Below the pieces are notes generated by a model. That model did no database searches, was not told the DNA's origin, and worked only from the letters and a program-made list of their open reading frames with translations. 64,000 nucleotides of DNA, taken from contig CM059432.1 of the NCBI GenBank assembly GCA_030390025.1, positions 68,264,001-68,328,000 of the forward strand, written 5' to 3'. Both the position numbers and the translations under genes were made by a program. This DNA comes from Squalus acanthias. Lineage: Eukaryota. Of this stretch, positions 25,882 to 38,790 are shown in pieces. Position 1 is the stretch's first letter. The number at the start of each line of letters is the position of its first letter.

Positions 25882-26028
25882 ACCTGTAGTGTGGGAGTAC
25901 CTTCACCACACGGACTGCAGCGATTCAAGAAGGTGGCTCACCACCACCTTCTCAAGGGCAATTAGGGATGGACAATAAATGCTGGCCTTGCCAGCGACGC
26001 CCACATCCCATAAACTAATAAAAAAAAG
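25882..26028 (+). mobile_element. 3' stub of the L2/CR1-group LINE family
   Basis: Reverse complement of 12965-13100; poly-A end. Confidence 0.85.
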
Positions 26029-26041
26029 AGTCCCAACATAT

Positions 26042-26516
26042 GGCCAGAAATCTCCACAAGCATTCTCAGTTCAGCTGCGTTGCACAAGTAACTATGTTTT
26101 CAGAGGAAGTGGTCACCTCCTGACTTTGCTGTATAATATGGATTTCAACAAATTGTAATGTGGAACAAGTTCCAATATTAAGTAAAATGCAAAAAAAAAC
26201 TGCAATAAAAACAGAAAATGCTAGAAATACTCAGCAGTTCAGTCAGTGTCTATGTACTTTAAGTACTTCCAGCTTGATGAATATCTCCTGACAAACTGTA
26301 CCTTTTAAATAGTGGTGCACATTCTCAAGGTCAGATGGGAAGGCGGATGTAATTGAATTTACAAGAGTGACGTCATCCTGTCTTAACTCCATAATTTACA
26401 CGTGGCTGCGATGGAGGGCGCTTCTTTCGCACAGCCTAAGACACAACGGCATTTAAGCTGGGGCATTTCTGCAGTGGAATCCTGGCATACATTGGCCCTG
26501 TCAGAAATTCCTGGCC
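26042..26516. mobile_element. Possible degenerate MITE
   Basis: Imperfect inverted termini GGCCAGAAATCTC / GAAATTCCTGGCC. Confidence 0.45.
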
Positions 26517-26898
26517 TTGCAAAGGTGTAATAGTCGACTTTGCCCTCACCAAATCCAGGAGTGCCGGGGCCAATGTTGCAGCTGAACTGGACAAATGAAA
26601 AATGAACAGCATTTAAATATGATCAAAACAAAAGGAGGGGAAGGAAAAGAAAGAAAGATCCTGTTCTGATGAAGGGTTAGATCAGAAACATTAAATTGTC
26701 AGTTCTAGCCATAGACACTGACTGAACTGCTGAGTATTTCTAGCATTTTCTGTTTTTATTGCAGATTTTTTGCATTTTACTTAATATTGGGACTTGTTCC
26801 ACATTGCAATTTGTTGAAATCCATATTATACAGCAAAGTCAGGAGGTGACCACTTCCTCTGAAAACAGCCCCTATTCTTTTCATAGTTACTTGTGCAA
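26080..26898. repeat. Inverted duplication, arms 26080-26254 and 26710-26898
   Basis: Near-identical reverse-complement arms that include a Penelope 3' end and its flank. Confidence 0.92.
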
Positions 26899-28711
26899 TA
26901 GTTATTTTGAAATACACGGAGGTTGCATGATTCATGTTGTGCAATGATTTGGTGCTGAAGACAGCCCTGTGTTTATACATTTATGAAAAGACTAGTTTTG
27001 CTTCATTATTTTTAGGTATTACAACATTTCAATTGATATATAAATGAATGACTTGATTAAAGGTCAAGAACAAACCAATCTAACAAGTAATCGTATGTGT
27101 AACCCTCAACAACCTTTCAATGTCTTCGTGATCATGAGGTACCAGTAAGAACATAGGAAATTACCTCTTAAAGAGCAAAGAATTAAATTCTTTTTCGCTA
27201 CTCCTGGCAAGGAAGTGAAAGATATTTCAAATGTCAAAATTTTGAAATTCCAAATAAGCAGTTGCTGAATGTTACAATGTAAAGAGGCTCAATTGTAAAT
27301 TGTATATTAAGACAGGAAGCAATGATCAGTTGAACCTTTACATGATCATTTTATAGTACATTTTATAGTACATTGCCACCATGTTACCACAAATACATAG
27401 GAGATGAAATTCAACTTCAGCAGTAGCGCAAAATAGATGGTAGAGTATCAGCAGCCCATTTTACACCCCATCCAATATTGAAAAAGAACATTGGGGCTGC
27501 GAAATTCCTCCTCTCAGCGCCAGCATTTAAGGCCGGTTTCAGCAGAAAAATGGCGGCCGCCTCACTTCCAGTCACTTCTGGTGCGGACTGCAGCAGTCGC
27601 CATTTTGGACAAGTCGGTAGCGCGGCCATTGCCTGCGTTCGGCAGAAGAATGCTAATGAGGCAGATCGTGACATCAATCAGCGTGCAACACTGATTTGAT
27701 ACACGACCTGCTATTTTGGACGTCACCGTTCGACTGCATATCTTCTCCAACGCAAGCACAGCTCAATGTGCGTTAAGCTGCAGTCGGGACCCCTCACCAT
27801 GACCTTTAAAGGAATCATCAACAATTTTCAGGTGCTTTGCTTTTTGATTTCTACTGGCTCTGTAAGTTTGTGGAACTGTTTGGAGCTTTCTACAGTTATT
27901 TAAAGTTGGTGAGCTGAGAGGGAGTGGTGCAGCATGGAGAAGGACTTGCTTCTGAACTCAAGGGTTCTGTTCAGACCACCTATTCCCAATCATGGGGGCT
28001 CTACTTGCAGTCCCCCTCCCACTGCAGCATGACAGGGAGATGGAGCAGAGACAGCAAAGAAGAGGACAAGATGCTCGCAGGAGGTGGGCTGGAGGACTCT
28101 CAGTAGGAGGCCTTACCCGCCTAGGGTCTTCCGAGTGCACTTCTCCTACCTGCACCTAAGCCAGGAGCAGTGTATTCGGAGGCGCTGCTTCATCAGGAGG
28201 TGGTCACAGAACTCCGCCACCTCTTGGAACCAGACCTGCAGCCTCAGAGCAGGGTAACGACAGCGCTGCCAGTGGCCCTCAAGGTCACCGTGGCCCTCAA
28301 TCTATTCACCACCGGATCCTTCCAGTCTGCAGCAGACGACATAGCTAACATCTCCCAGTTCGCCATCCATCGCTGCATACGGGAGGTCACAGAGACTCTG
28401 TACTCCAGGAGAAGGGACTACATTGTATTCTCTCTGAACAGTACAGTGAGAAGCAGAAGGAGCATGCATGTGGCTTTGCCAGGATATCGGACTTCCCCAT
28501 GGTGAAGGGCGCCATCGTCTGCGCACACGTGGCTTTGCGGGCGCTGCATATCAATCCTGAAATATACCACAACCGCAAAATCTACCAGTCACTTAATGTG
28601 CAGTTGGTGTGTGACCATTCCCAGCACATCATGATAAGAAATAGAAGCAGGAGTAGGCCATTTGACCCTTCGAGCCTGCTGATGATGGTGAATGCCGGTC
28701 TCCTGGCAGCA

Positions 28712-31455
28712 GTCAAGAACATCAACAACAACAACTTGTATTTATATATCGCCTTTAACATAGTAAAACATCCCAAGGCGCTTCACAGGAGTGTTTTAAA
28801 GAAAATGACACTGAGCCACATTAGGAGAAATTAGGGCAGCTCACCAAAAGCTTGGTCAAAGAGATAGGTTTTAATGAGCGCCTTAAGGGAGAAAAGAGAT
28901 GTAGAGAGATGGAGAGGTTTAGGGAGGGAATTCCAGATTTTTGGGTCTAGGCAGCTGAAGGCATGGCCACCAATGGTTGAGTGATTAAAATCAGGGATAC
29001 TCAATAGGCCAGAATTAGAGGAGCACAGATATCTCAGGGGGTTGTGGGACTGGAGGAGATTACAGAGATAGGGAGGGGCGAGGCCATAGAGAGATTTGAA
29101 AACAAGGATGAGAATTATAAAATCGAGGCGTTGCTTAACCGGAACCAGACCTGCAGCCTTAGAGCAGGGTAACGACGGCGCTGCCAGTGGCCCTCAAGGT
29201 CACCGTGGCCCTCAATCTATTCACCACCGGATCCTTCCAGTCTGCAGCAGACGACATAGCTAACATCTCCCAGTTCGCCATCCATCGCTGCATACGGGAG
29301 GTCACAGAGACTCTGTACTCCAGGAGAAGGGACTTCATTGTATTCTCTCTGAACAGTACAGTGAGAAGCAGGAGGAGCATGCAGCGAGTACAGAGGTGAT
29401 GGGTGAACGGGACTTGGTGTGAGTTAGGACACGGGCAGCTGAGTTTTGGATGACATCAAGTTTACGTAGGGTAGAATGTGGGAGGCCAGCCAGGAGAGCG
29501 TTGGAATAGTCAAGTCTAGAGGTAACAAAGGCAGGGGCGGAGACGGGCAATGTGACGGAGGTGGAAATAGGCGGTCTTGGTTATCATAGAGTCATAGAAA
29601 TTTACGGCACAGAAGGAGGCCATTCGACCCATCGCTTATGGCACAGATATGTGGTCGGAAGCTCATTTCAGGGTCAAATATGACGCCACGATTGCAAACA
29701 GTCTGGTTCAGCCTCAGACAGATGTTAGGGAAAGGGATAGAGTCTGTGGCTCGGGAATGGAGATCGTGGTGGAGATCGAAGGCAACGGCTTCGGTCTTCC
29801 CAATATTTAATTAGTGGAAATTTCTGCTCATCCAGCACTGGATGTCGGAGAAGCAGTCTGATAATTTAAAGACAGTGGAGGGGTCGAGAGAAGTGGTGGT
29901 GACGTAGAGCTGGGTGTCGTCAGCGTACTTGTGGAAACTTGTGACTGTTTTCGGATGATGTCACTGAGGGGCAGCATGTTGACGAGAAATAGGAGGGATC
30001 CAAGGATAGATCCTTGAAGGACACCAGAGGGAGCGGGAAGAGAAGCCATTGCAGGTGATTCTCTGGCTACGATTAGATAGATAAGAATGGAACCAGGCAA
30101 GTGCCATCCCACCCAGCTGGATGATGGTGGAGAGGCGTTGAAGGAGGATGGAGTGGTCAACCATGTCAAAGGTTGCAGACAGGTTGAGAAGGACGAGGAG
30201 GGATAGTTTACCTTTGTCACAGTCACAAAGGATGTCATTTGTGACATTGATGAGAGCCGTTTCGGTACTGTGACAGGGGCAGAAACCTGATTGGAGAGAT
30301 TCAAACATGGAGTTGCTGGAAAGATGGGCACGGATTTGGGAGGCGACAACATGTTCAAGAACTTTGGAGAGAAATGGGAGGTTGGAGATGGGGCAGTAGT
30401 TTTCAAGGATGGAGGGGTCAATGGTTGTTTTTTTGAGGAGAGGGGTGATGATGGCAGATTTGTAGGAGAGGGGGACAGTACCTGAGGAGAGAGAGAATGG
30501 TTAACAATATCAGCTAACATGGGAGCCATAAGAGGAAGTTGGGTGGTCAGCAGTATAGTGGGAATAGGGTTCAGGGAGCAGGAAGTGGGTCTCATAGACA
30601 AGATGAGTGTGGGGAGGTCATGAGGGCAGATCGGAGAGTAACTAGAGAAAGGTACGAGTTCAGGGCTAGGGCAGGGGGGGACCCTTAGAGGAAGTTTGGC
30701 CCAGTAGGCTAGGGGATGGAAGGGAAGTGGCAGAGGCAGCTGAACGGATGGTCTCAATCTTAGTGACATGAGCTCCTCGCACTTGTTATTGGAGGTGAGG
30801 GTGGAGGAGACGGGGAGAGGGGTTTAAGAAGACGGTTTGCAGTAGAGAAAAGAAGCCGGGGGTTATCTTTGCATTCCAGAATGATTCTGGAATAGTGAGC
30901 AATTTTGGCAGACGAGAGCAGGACCCGATAATGCTTTATGTGATCCAGCCAGATCTGGCAGTGAATGGCTAAACCAGTTGTCCACCATATCCATTCAAGT
31001 CTGCGTCCCTTTGACTTAAGAGAGCGAAGATGAGGGCTGTACCAGGGGGAGCGGCCAGGGTGAGAGAGAGTAATTGTTTTAATAGGGACTAGGGCATCAA
31101 AGGTGGTGGTGAGGGTGTGGTTGAGCAGATCGGTAGCTGCAGAAATGTCGTGGTGAATGGAGGGCCAAAGGCTGGACAGTTGGGATTTCATAAATGCAGT
31201 TGTAAGAGAGTTGGGAGAGAGTTTTTTCCAGGGGCAGACACAGAAGGAAGTAGGGTTGCGTGTAGGAGGGGGATGTGGGTGGAGAGCGATACAAGGAAGT
31301 GGTCAGAGATGGCCTTATCTGTGATTGACACGATGGGAGTAGCGAGGCTACGAGAGATGGCAAGTCAAGGTGGTGGCCGTGAATGTGGGTAGGGGAGTTT
31401 ACATAGAGGGAGAGATTAAGGGAGGATAGGAGGATAGCGAACTCAGAGGAGAGAG
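28712..31455 (-). mobile_element. L2 LINE, decayed
   Basis: FESLQSGFCPCHSTETAL, LSATFDMVDH and SRLDYSNALLAGLP motifs; (CAA)n tail. Confidence 0.9.
29141..29383 (+). repeat. 243-bp copy of 28226-28468 inserted into L2
   Basis: 4 mismatches seen by eye; both copies share a private ACAGT duplication. Confidence 0.93.
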
Positions 31456-32526
31456 CGTATAATGCCTTCATCCTGTGCCAGCAATCTTCCAGCCACCAAA
31501 TCCCCATGCAATGTTGGAGCTAGACTCCTCCATGCTCCTTGACAGACCTGCCAGGCTCTCTGGCAGGTCTGCCATTGCACCAAGCAGCGTGCATGCCCAT
31601 CACCCTTTTTCTGAAGGTCACCCCATCGAAGTCCTAATCTGAGTCTTGTGCAGCAGAACTTGTGTGTGAACTCACCTTCCGGGGAGCTGGCACCCGAGCT
31701 ACCCTTTCCACCTGGCCTGGCTGCCCCCACTCATACCCAGTGATTCACCACGTGCAGATCCCGCCTCTATACTACCCTCTAAAGTACACCATTTTCTGAG
31801 CTGGTGCCTGAGAGTGTCAGATTGAGTGATGGTGACTTTTCTTCTCCATCACTCTCCTCCTCTAGTTTGTCGGGGACTGGCTGGATTGCTGGCAGTTCTT
31901 GGATATCTGAAAGGAGAAAGGCACAAGGGTTGGGTTGTGGTGAGGAGCGGGGAGCAAAATGTGCATGCTTACACCATTGGCACCTTGTAAACGAGAATAG
32001 ATTGTGGGATGAGGGGGATGTGGGATGTGAGAAGAAGGATTAGATATGAACATACCATCAACCTCACCGCTCACCACGGCCTCAGTGATGGCCCCTCCAA
32101 TTATCTCCAGCACAGTCTCCTCCAACGCAGTAAGGTTCTGCAGGCGTGCTTGCCCCCCGCCTGTTTGCTCCTGCTCGCGCCGGTTGTGAGCCACCTTGGT
32201 CTGCGAGAGAAAGGGAGGTATGTCAGTGAGTGTGATGCAATGTGTTTGGGTGATGTGCCTGTCATGGTTGAATAGCTGGCATTGTGTGCAAGGTGTGAGA
32301 TGTGGGTGTGAGGCTTGCAGTAGCGGTAAGTGTGTGAGGGTGAGGTGAACCTATGATTGTGAGGTATGAGTTGTGATTGCTAGAGATTGTTGGTAGGTGA
32401 GCGATGGGGGCGTGATGCATTGAGCAGTGTGTGAGGCTAGTGGTGCAGTTAATTAGATAAGGCAATTGAAGATACATTCACTCACCTTGACCACTCGTGT
32501 GAGGTCATTAAACTTCTTGCGGCACT

Positions 32527-32997
32527 TGTAAGAATACCTTGAAAGCCCATGGATGCTTAACGGACTAGTGATAAGGGGGTCTTTGAAACAACTGTTGACC
32601 ATTACTAACATAATTTGGGACATGTATGCAGTGGGAGGGTTGCCAAATTTTAGGGTATAAGAGGTGCTGTTTCAAGACACTCGGGGCTGCAGCCGGGCGA
32701 CCTGGTCAGTTGCCAGAAATCATACGTCTAGTCATTGCTGGATTGACCACTCGCTGGTGTTAGTACGTATGTGATGTTTTGCTTGAGCTTAAAGTAAAGG
32801 GATAGCTCTGTGTATGCTGAGGTATAATTTGGAATTATTATATGCTACATAACTGTCGGATGCTTACTTATAATCTCTTGCTGATTTTTAAGTAAAAGAA
32901 GTTTCACAGATTCATTGGGTTTTGTGTTGTCTGTTCGACGGGTCTGAGCTTTGAAAATTGTTGGATGCGGCGAGGGGCGATTTCCGCACGTCTTACA
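32527..32997 (+). mobile_element. Solo LTR (471 bp)
   Basis: TGTAAGA...TCTTACA termini; perfect TSD CACT (32523-32526 / 32998-33001); TATA-like motif ~32656. Confidence 0.9.
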
Positions 32998-34382
32998 CAC
33001 TGCATCCATGTCCTGGGGGCAACACACGTGGCACTGATGGCTTGGGCTGTCTCCTCCCTCTGTCTTCTGGTATCCTGTCTCGAAGGCCTCCTGCCCCTCT
33101 ACGGGTAGAGGACCTGTCTTCTTCTGTATACCCCATGGACCAAGGCCTCCATGCTGTATCTGAGAAGCGCCGTGCCATTCTCTTTCCTGTTGCGACATGG
33201 CTGCATCCACAGTGACAATGAGGTGCTTCTGCAACAAAGCACCCCACCCCCCCACTTTAAGTAGTGCAGAGAATCAAGGCAACATTTTAGTGGCCAGAAG
33301 ACTGCACCCGATATTGGCCCCCCTCTTGACCACTAAGCCAACCAGCAACGTGTTTAGCTCTGAGCTCAGCGCGCCAATCATTATAATGAGCAGACAGCAT
33401 GAATATTGCATGCTGCCTGCACCACTTCAAGGTGTGTGGGCAGATCGCGCTTTGCAATTCCCGTGCCCGTTTTTGGGCCTAATCCAATTTCACCCACTGG
33501 GTGTTGTGTAAAACTAGCTGCCAATTCGAAGCTAACCCCATGGTTTCAGATTATGTTGCCAAGGGCAAGTATGTAGATGAGAAAGGAGAGGGAGCCAAGG
33601 AGGGATCCTTGGGGGACTTTGGAGTGATGGTGCAGGAGTGGAAAGAGAAGTTACTGCCAGAGCTGCTTTGGCTATAATTGGATAAGTGAGAAAGAAACCA
33701 AGCAACGATAGTTCAATAGAGCTGGACAATGGAGGAGAGGTGTTGGAGGAGGATCATGTGATTGAAGGCTGCAAAGAAGTCGTGGAGGGATAATGCACCA
33801 TGGTCAAAGTCACAGAAAATGTTTTTTCTGGTTATGGCCGTTTTGGTGTTGTGGGGTAGAAACCTAATTGGAGAGATTGGAAGGGGTAGGTATCGATCTG
33901 GTAGGTGACAACATGATCTTGATCATGAAAGGGAGATTGGAGATTGGATGGAAGTTAGCAGGGACAGAGGGGTCAGGAGTAGGTTTTTGAGAAGGGGGAT
34001 GATGGGGCAGTTTTGAAAGTTAGGGGTTCAATTGCCAGGAGACAAAACCTTTTTATAATATTGGCTAAAACTGGGGCCAGGAAGGGAAATTGGGTAGTCA
34101 GGAGTTTAGTGAGAATGGGTTCAAGGGTGAAAGTAGTGTGTCTCATGCCTAAGATGAACTTGGAGAGGATGGGGCAATGGGCAGACACTAGAGGGACATG
34201 AACAATCAGATCTAGGGAAGGAACAAGACTGGGAACTAGGTTAGCTTAGTTGGCAAGGAAAAGCAGTAGAGACAACTGAATGGATGGTTTCTATCTTGGC
34301 GATGAAAAATCCATAATCCCCTTGCAACTGTTGTTAGGGGCAGGCAGAGGGGTTTCAGGAGGAGGTTGGTAGTAGAGAAGAG

Positions 34383-36195
34383 GGGCTGAGTTTTGTCGAT
34401 GCTCAGAGGGTTGGTTTGGAGGCGGGTCCGCAGTCAAAATCAAAAAGATTGACAGCGGGCCGGTATCCCGCTCTGGACCCGCCTCCTTGTCAGTTTCCCA
34501 AGTGCCGGTTCTGCCTGCGCTTTGCAGACCCGGCACTATGCGGCGGGTCATTGAATTGTGCGAGTTAGGAGGGTGTTTAAATCAATTAAATCTCCATTTT
34601 CCCTTTTCCAAAGCATTTTACCAAGTTTTTCATGAGGTTCCCGTCACTCGGGGATCACGCCAGGTAAGTATGTTGGGTTCTGAACAACTCTCCATTTCTT
34701 TCAGTAGGTGACAGCTGCAAAAGTAGTTTAAAACCTACCATTTTACAGCCGGTCACTTTCCAATCTCAGAAGCTTCAGCCTTCAGTTATTTAGAACCCAC
34801 TTTTGAACTTTATGCACTTTTCAAGTGTTTGGAGTAATCTCTCTATCCAGTGTCACCTCCTTGGAACAACCTATCTCAATATTGACAGATTTCGTCTGTT
34901 GTCTCAACCTCACCTGCCATCTATTACATCAGCATCGGTGCCCTTGAAACTATTTCACCTTGATCCTCAGAATCGCAACACGATCAGCCCCAACACCAGC
35001 ATCACCGGGCACACCAGCAGCACCAACATCCACACCAACCTTCTCCGCAATCAACTGATGCTGCACTGGACACAGGGCATCATCACCCATGCACATTGCT
35101 GCCCGGGACGCCAGCAATAGCCTCACCATGTCTAGATTAGCTTCACTTAATGCTGTACACTCTGGCTGCCACATGATGCGCCAGGTTGACACCACCCCAC
35201 ACCAGCATCATAAAGCATCCCTACAATGTCCAAGCCATTCCTTTCACACTCATCGCCATTGCCGGGGGGGGGGGGGGGGGGGAGGTGCGGAACGCTATGT
35301 CTCACCATTCACTGGAACTCACTAAGACAGTTTCAAAGGTGCACACAAATTTGTCCAAGAACGCAAAGTGTTGAAAATAAATGTTTCAATCTTTGACACC
35401 ACATTAACAGAAACTTTACATGAATATTGGCTAAAAACACCCAAGTGCCTACCCTTGTGTGTTGTTAGTTGGTATGCTTGCAATAGGATGAAGGTGAGTG
35501 TGAGGGGTGGCTAGTGAGATGGGGAAGTGATAATGCAGATAGAGAGGGATGGGTGAAGGTGCAAGGTAAGTTGGTGTGAGTAAGGATGTGCAGGAGTAGG
35601 GTAGGGAAGGCAGAGTGATGGGGATGTGATGAGTGGCACAGGAGGATGAGGTTGAGTGTGGCTCTGCAGTAACATTTTGTGATCTACTGAGATCATTGAA
35701 AGGTTTGTGCCACTGCAGCCAGGTCCTCCTGATGACATCCCTGCTTGTGCCCTCCTGTGCAATATGCAACCAGGCTGTGTTGATCTCCTGGGGAGGTCTC
35801 TTCCGTCCATGTGAAGGGAGGAGGACTTCCCTGCATGCTATGATGCCTTCCATAAGCATATGGAGGGAGTCATGGGAGAGCCTGGGTGCAGCCGTGCACC
35901 TCTGTGCAGTGGTTGTCAGTATTTGCAGCACCTCAATGCTGCAGATCACTGACAGCACAAATGTCAAAATCACTTTGGACATGGTTCCTTTAAGGAAACC
36001 AGCTGATGATGTGACATCAGATGACATCATCAGATCCGCTTCCTTTTAATTGGCTGGGAACCTTGCAGGGTGGGCTTAACAAGCCCAATCTAAAGGAAAT
36101 CACTCAGAGGAGGCGGGATGAAGGCAGTTGCGGAGTTTGTGGCCGCTGTCTGCTCCGGCCGCACTGAACTCACCACGGCTTGCGAAATCACGACC
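34383..36195. mobile_element. Internally deleted Harbinger with a Myb/SANT remnant on the minus strand (~35640-35930)
   Basis: AAPRLS..AWLHIAQ..RTWLQWHKPFNDL; GAG flanks (34380-34382 / 36196-36198); imperfect TIRs. Confidence 0.7.
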
Positions 36196-36911
36196 GAGGA
36201 GTCTGTGGTTACCTTTACTAGAATAATCCTGGACTAGTGGGCTGTTTTGGCAGAGGAGAGCTAGGCCAGGCAGTCCAGTCAGATCTGGTAATGGATGCGT
36301 AAACCAGTTATGCATTATGTATGCTCAAGTTTGTGCTCTTTGGACTTAAGGAAGTGAAGATGGGGTCATACCAGAGGAACGACTGGATTGGGAGATGGTT
36401 AAGGTTTTCTGGGGACAAGGACATCAAAGGGCAGTGATTAAGTAAATCAACAGCTGCAGTGGTAGTATGGTGAATGAAAAGTCAAAGGCTAGTCAGTATG
36501 GAGTTTAAGTGTGCAGTTAGAACCGACTTGTGGGAGAATTTTTCCCAGGAGCAGATACAGAAGGAAAAAGTGTTGAATAAGGGTAGGGGGATATGGGTGG
36601 TGAGGCATGCAAGGAAGTGGTCATCGATAGCCTTGTCAGTAATTCAGACCATGGAAGTGGAGAGGTCACAGGAGATGGTGAGGCTAAGGGGGTAGCTGTG
36701 AAAATGGATAGGAGAGCTTATATGGAGGGAGAAGTTTAGATAGGACAGGAGGGCAGTGAACTCAAAGGAGAGAGTGCAAGGGGAGCTGAGATGGAGATTA
36801 AAACCACCAAGGATGAGGAGTTGCTTGATGCAGAGACTGCGGGAAGGAAGAAGGGCGGATATCTCGGGGAGAAACTCATGGTGGTGCTTGGACGGGCAAT
36901 AGACAATAAGG

Positions 36912-37582
36912 GTGGGGCGCAACCTTTGCCAGGGTGCTAATTTTAGTGCCCCGAAAAAGTTAGCACCCCCGCGGCCGATTTTCCCAGGTAGCGCCCCGAG
37001 AGGGAGGAGGGGCGCTTCTGGAAGCACCCCGCGTCCCTCTTGGGGCGCTGTGAGCCAATATCGCGGCACGTCGCGCCGCGTTACTACAGGCCTTCCTTCC
37101 CTTATTAAAGGAGAGGGGCCTGGCGCAGCGCGTCCTGGCGCCCAGCTGGGCCACCAGGGATCGGGAGTGCCAGCAAACGAGCCTGGCACTCAAGAAGAGT
37201 GCCGGGCTCACGGAGAGCAGCTGGCACCCCGCGGGGGGGCTTCACGGGGACCGGGGACAGCAACGGGGGCAGGTGCTGGCAGGCGGCCAGCAACAAAAAT
37301 GGCCGCCCGCCACCTCCCCTTTAACTAGCGCCACCCCGGCCGCAGATAGGCCCCCCTGACCCTGGCGGACATAGCGTCCGGCGGTAAGTCGGGGGGCACT
37401 ACCCAATATTACAGCCGGGGCGCAAGCAGAGCGCTGCGCACGGCGATGATGTCATCGCCAATGGCGCAGCGTTGCGTGGCGCTAACGGTTATCGCCGCCG
37501 CTAACCTCCTGCTGAATTTCACGGGAGGCGTTAGCGGTGCCGCGCTCAGGCGCTAGCTGATTTGCACCCTGTCAGCGCCCTC
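36912..37582 (-). mobile_element. MITE subfamily 1 copy lacking both TIRs
   Basis: Reverse complement of ~10465-11172; flanked by TAAGG. Confidence 0.85.
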
Positions 37583-38084
37583 TAAGGATTTTAAATGGGT
37601 GGAATTGGGTGAGGAGCTTGAAGGAGGATAAGATGCCAGAAGAGTAGGGGAAAATCCAAAGTGTGACTTGCTGATAAGGTCATTACTTATAATATGAGTT
37701 TTGCACATAATTTGAAAGAAAGTTAATTTTTGAGGTATTGATAATAACAACATAATAAAGCTTTTAATCTGGCCAAATATATTAAATGAGTGGAACCTGA
37801 GGCAAAGAAAGGAGGGAAAATCTGAGATTGAGGAAGATTTGCGTTGGTGTGCCCAAAGCATAACATTGGAATTTCAGTTGTAATAAGTAACCTTAAACTA
37901 CAATGTTAAACTTTGATACATGTTAATAGTCAGACAGAGATTAGCCCAAGTAGCTCAGAAGATTATAGATTAATTTCCCACAATAATGGTGCAACCAAAG
38001 TGTCATGTTTTTGAGATTAGTTTGCTGAGAACAGATTTAATATGCAGCATCTCCAAACAGCAACTTATTTTCAGAAGTGTACAC

Positions 38085-38790
38085 TTGGTCTAGTGGCAGC
38101 ACTCTTGCTTTGGAATCACAGGGTCATAGGCTCAAGGCTCAAATCTCACTCTTGCGATTTGAGTTCTTAATCTAAGCTGATACATCAATGCTACATTGTT
38201 GGAAGTGTAACATCCCCTCCGACACCTGGGAATCCCTGGCCCAAGACCGCACAAAGTGGAGGAGAAGCATTCGGGAAGGCGCCGAACACCTCGAGTCTCT
38301 TCGCCGGGAGCAAGCGGAAGCCAAGCGCAGGCAGCGCAAGGAGCGCACGTCAACCCAAGCACCCCACCCACCCGCCCCTTCAACCACCGTCTGCCCCACC
38401 TGTGACAGAGACTGTAAGTCCCGCTTTGGACTCATCAGTCACCTGAGAACTCATTTTTAATGTGGAAGCAAGTCATCCTCGGTTCCGAGGGACTGCCTAA
38501 GAATAGAAGAAGAAGATTGTTGGAAGTGTCATTTTTCAGATGAGCTGTTAAACTGAAGCCACATCTGTCTGTTCAGGTGGATGTAAAGGATCCCATGGCA
38601 CTATTTGAAGACCAGGGGAGGTGACTGGGCTGATATTTATTCCTTAATCAACACCTCCAAAAGTAGACTAATAGCTGTTTATAGACCTTGCTATGTCCAA
38701 ATTGGCTGGTGTGTTTACCTACAAAGCACTTTGGAATGAGCCGAGGATGTGAAAGATGCTATGTAATTGCAAGTTCTTTCTTTTCCAGAC
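38085..38790 (+). mobile_element. tRNA-derived Deu-domain-type SINE, interrupted by an RTE stub
   Basis: tRNA-like head; Deu-like core ttcagatgag..ttaaac..caggtggatgtaaaggatcccatggcactatttgaag; L2-like tail. Confidence 0.75.
38209..38515 (+). mobile_element. 5'-truncated RTE LINE stub
   Basis: Highly similar to 2617-2909; TSD ATTGTTGGAAGTGT (38195-38208 / 38516-38529). Confidence 0.93.

Larger units (their letters stand above)
27400..33495. mobile_element. PIF/Harbinger transposon remnant disrupted by L2 and a solo LTR
   Basis: Transposase N-terminal half on + (27991-28700); Myb/SANT gene on - (33198-31460, WMQCRKKFNDLTRVVK after removing the LTR); imperfect ends GATGAAATT / AATTTCACCC. Confidence 0.72.
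33530..37660 (-). mobile_element. Old L2 LINE split by a Harbinger (34383-36195) and a MITE (36912-37582)
   Basis: KLLTTQFPFLAP and ILGGFNLHL motifs; homologous to L2 at 49290-52606. Confidence 0.8.

Noticed and set aside
27015..27139. Plus-strand exon with AG/GT boundaries
   Set aside because: Stop codons in all three frames.
37553..37861. Naming the candidate exon peptides (faint recalled resemblance to FAM227 or CNBD1)
   Set aside because: Only short motif-level similarity from memory, inconsistent between exons; needs a real search.
38085..38160. tRNA gene (also ~11650-11716)
   Set aside because: Degenerate head continuing into a SINE body; no convincing cloverleaf.
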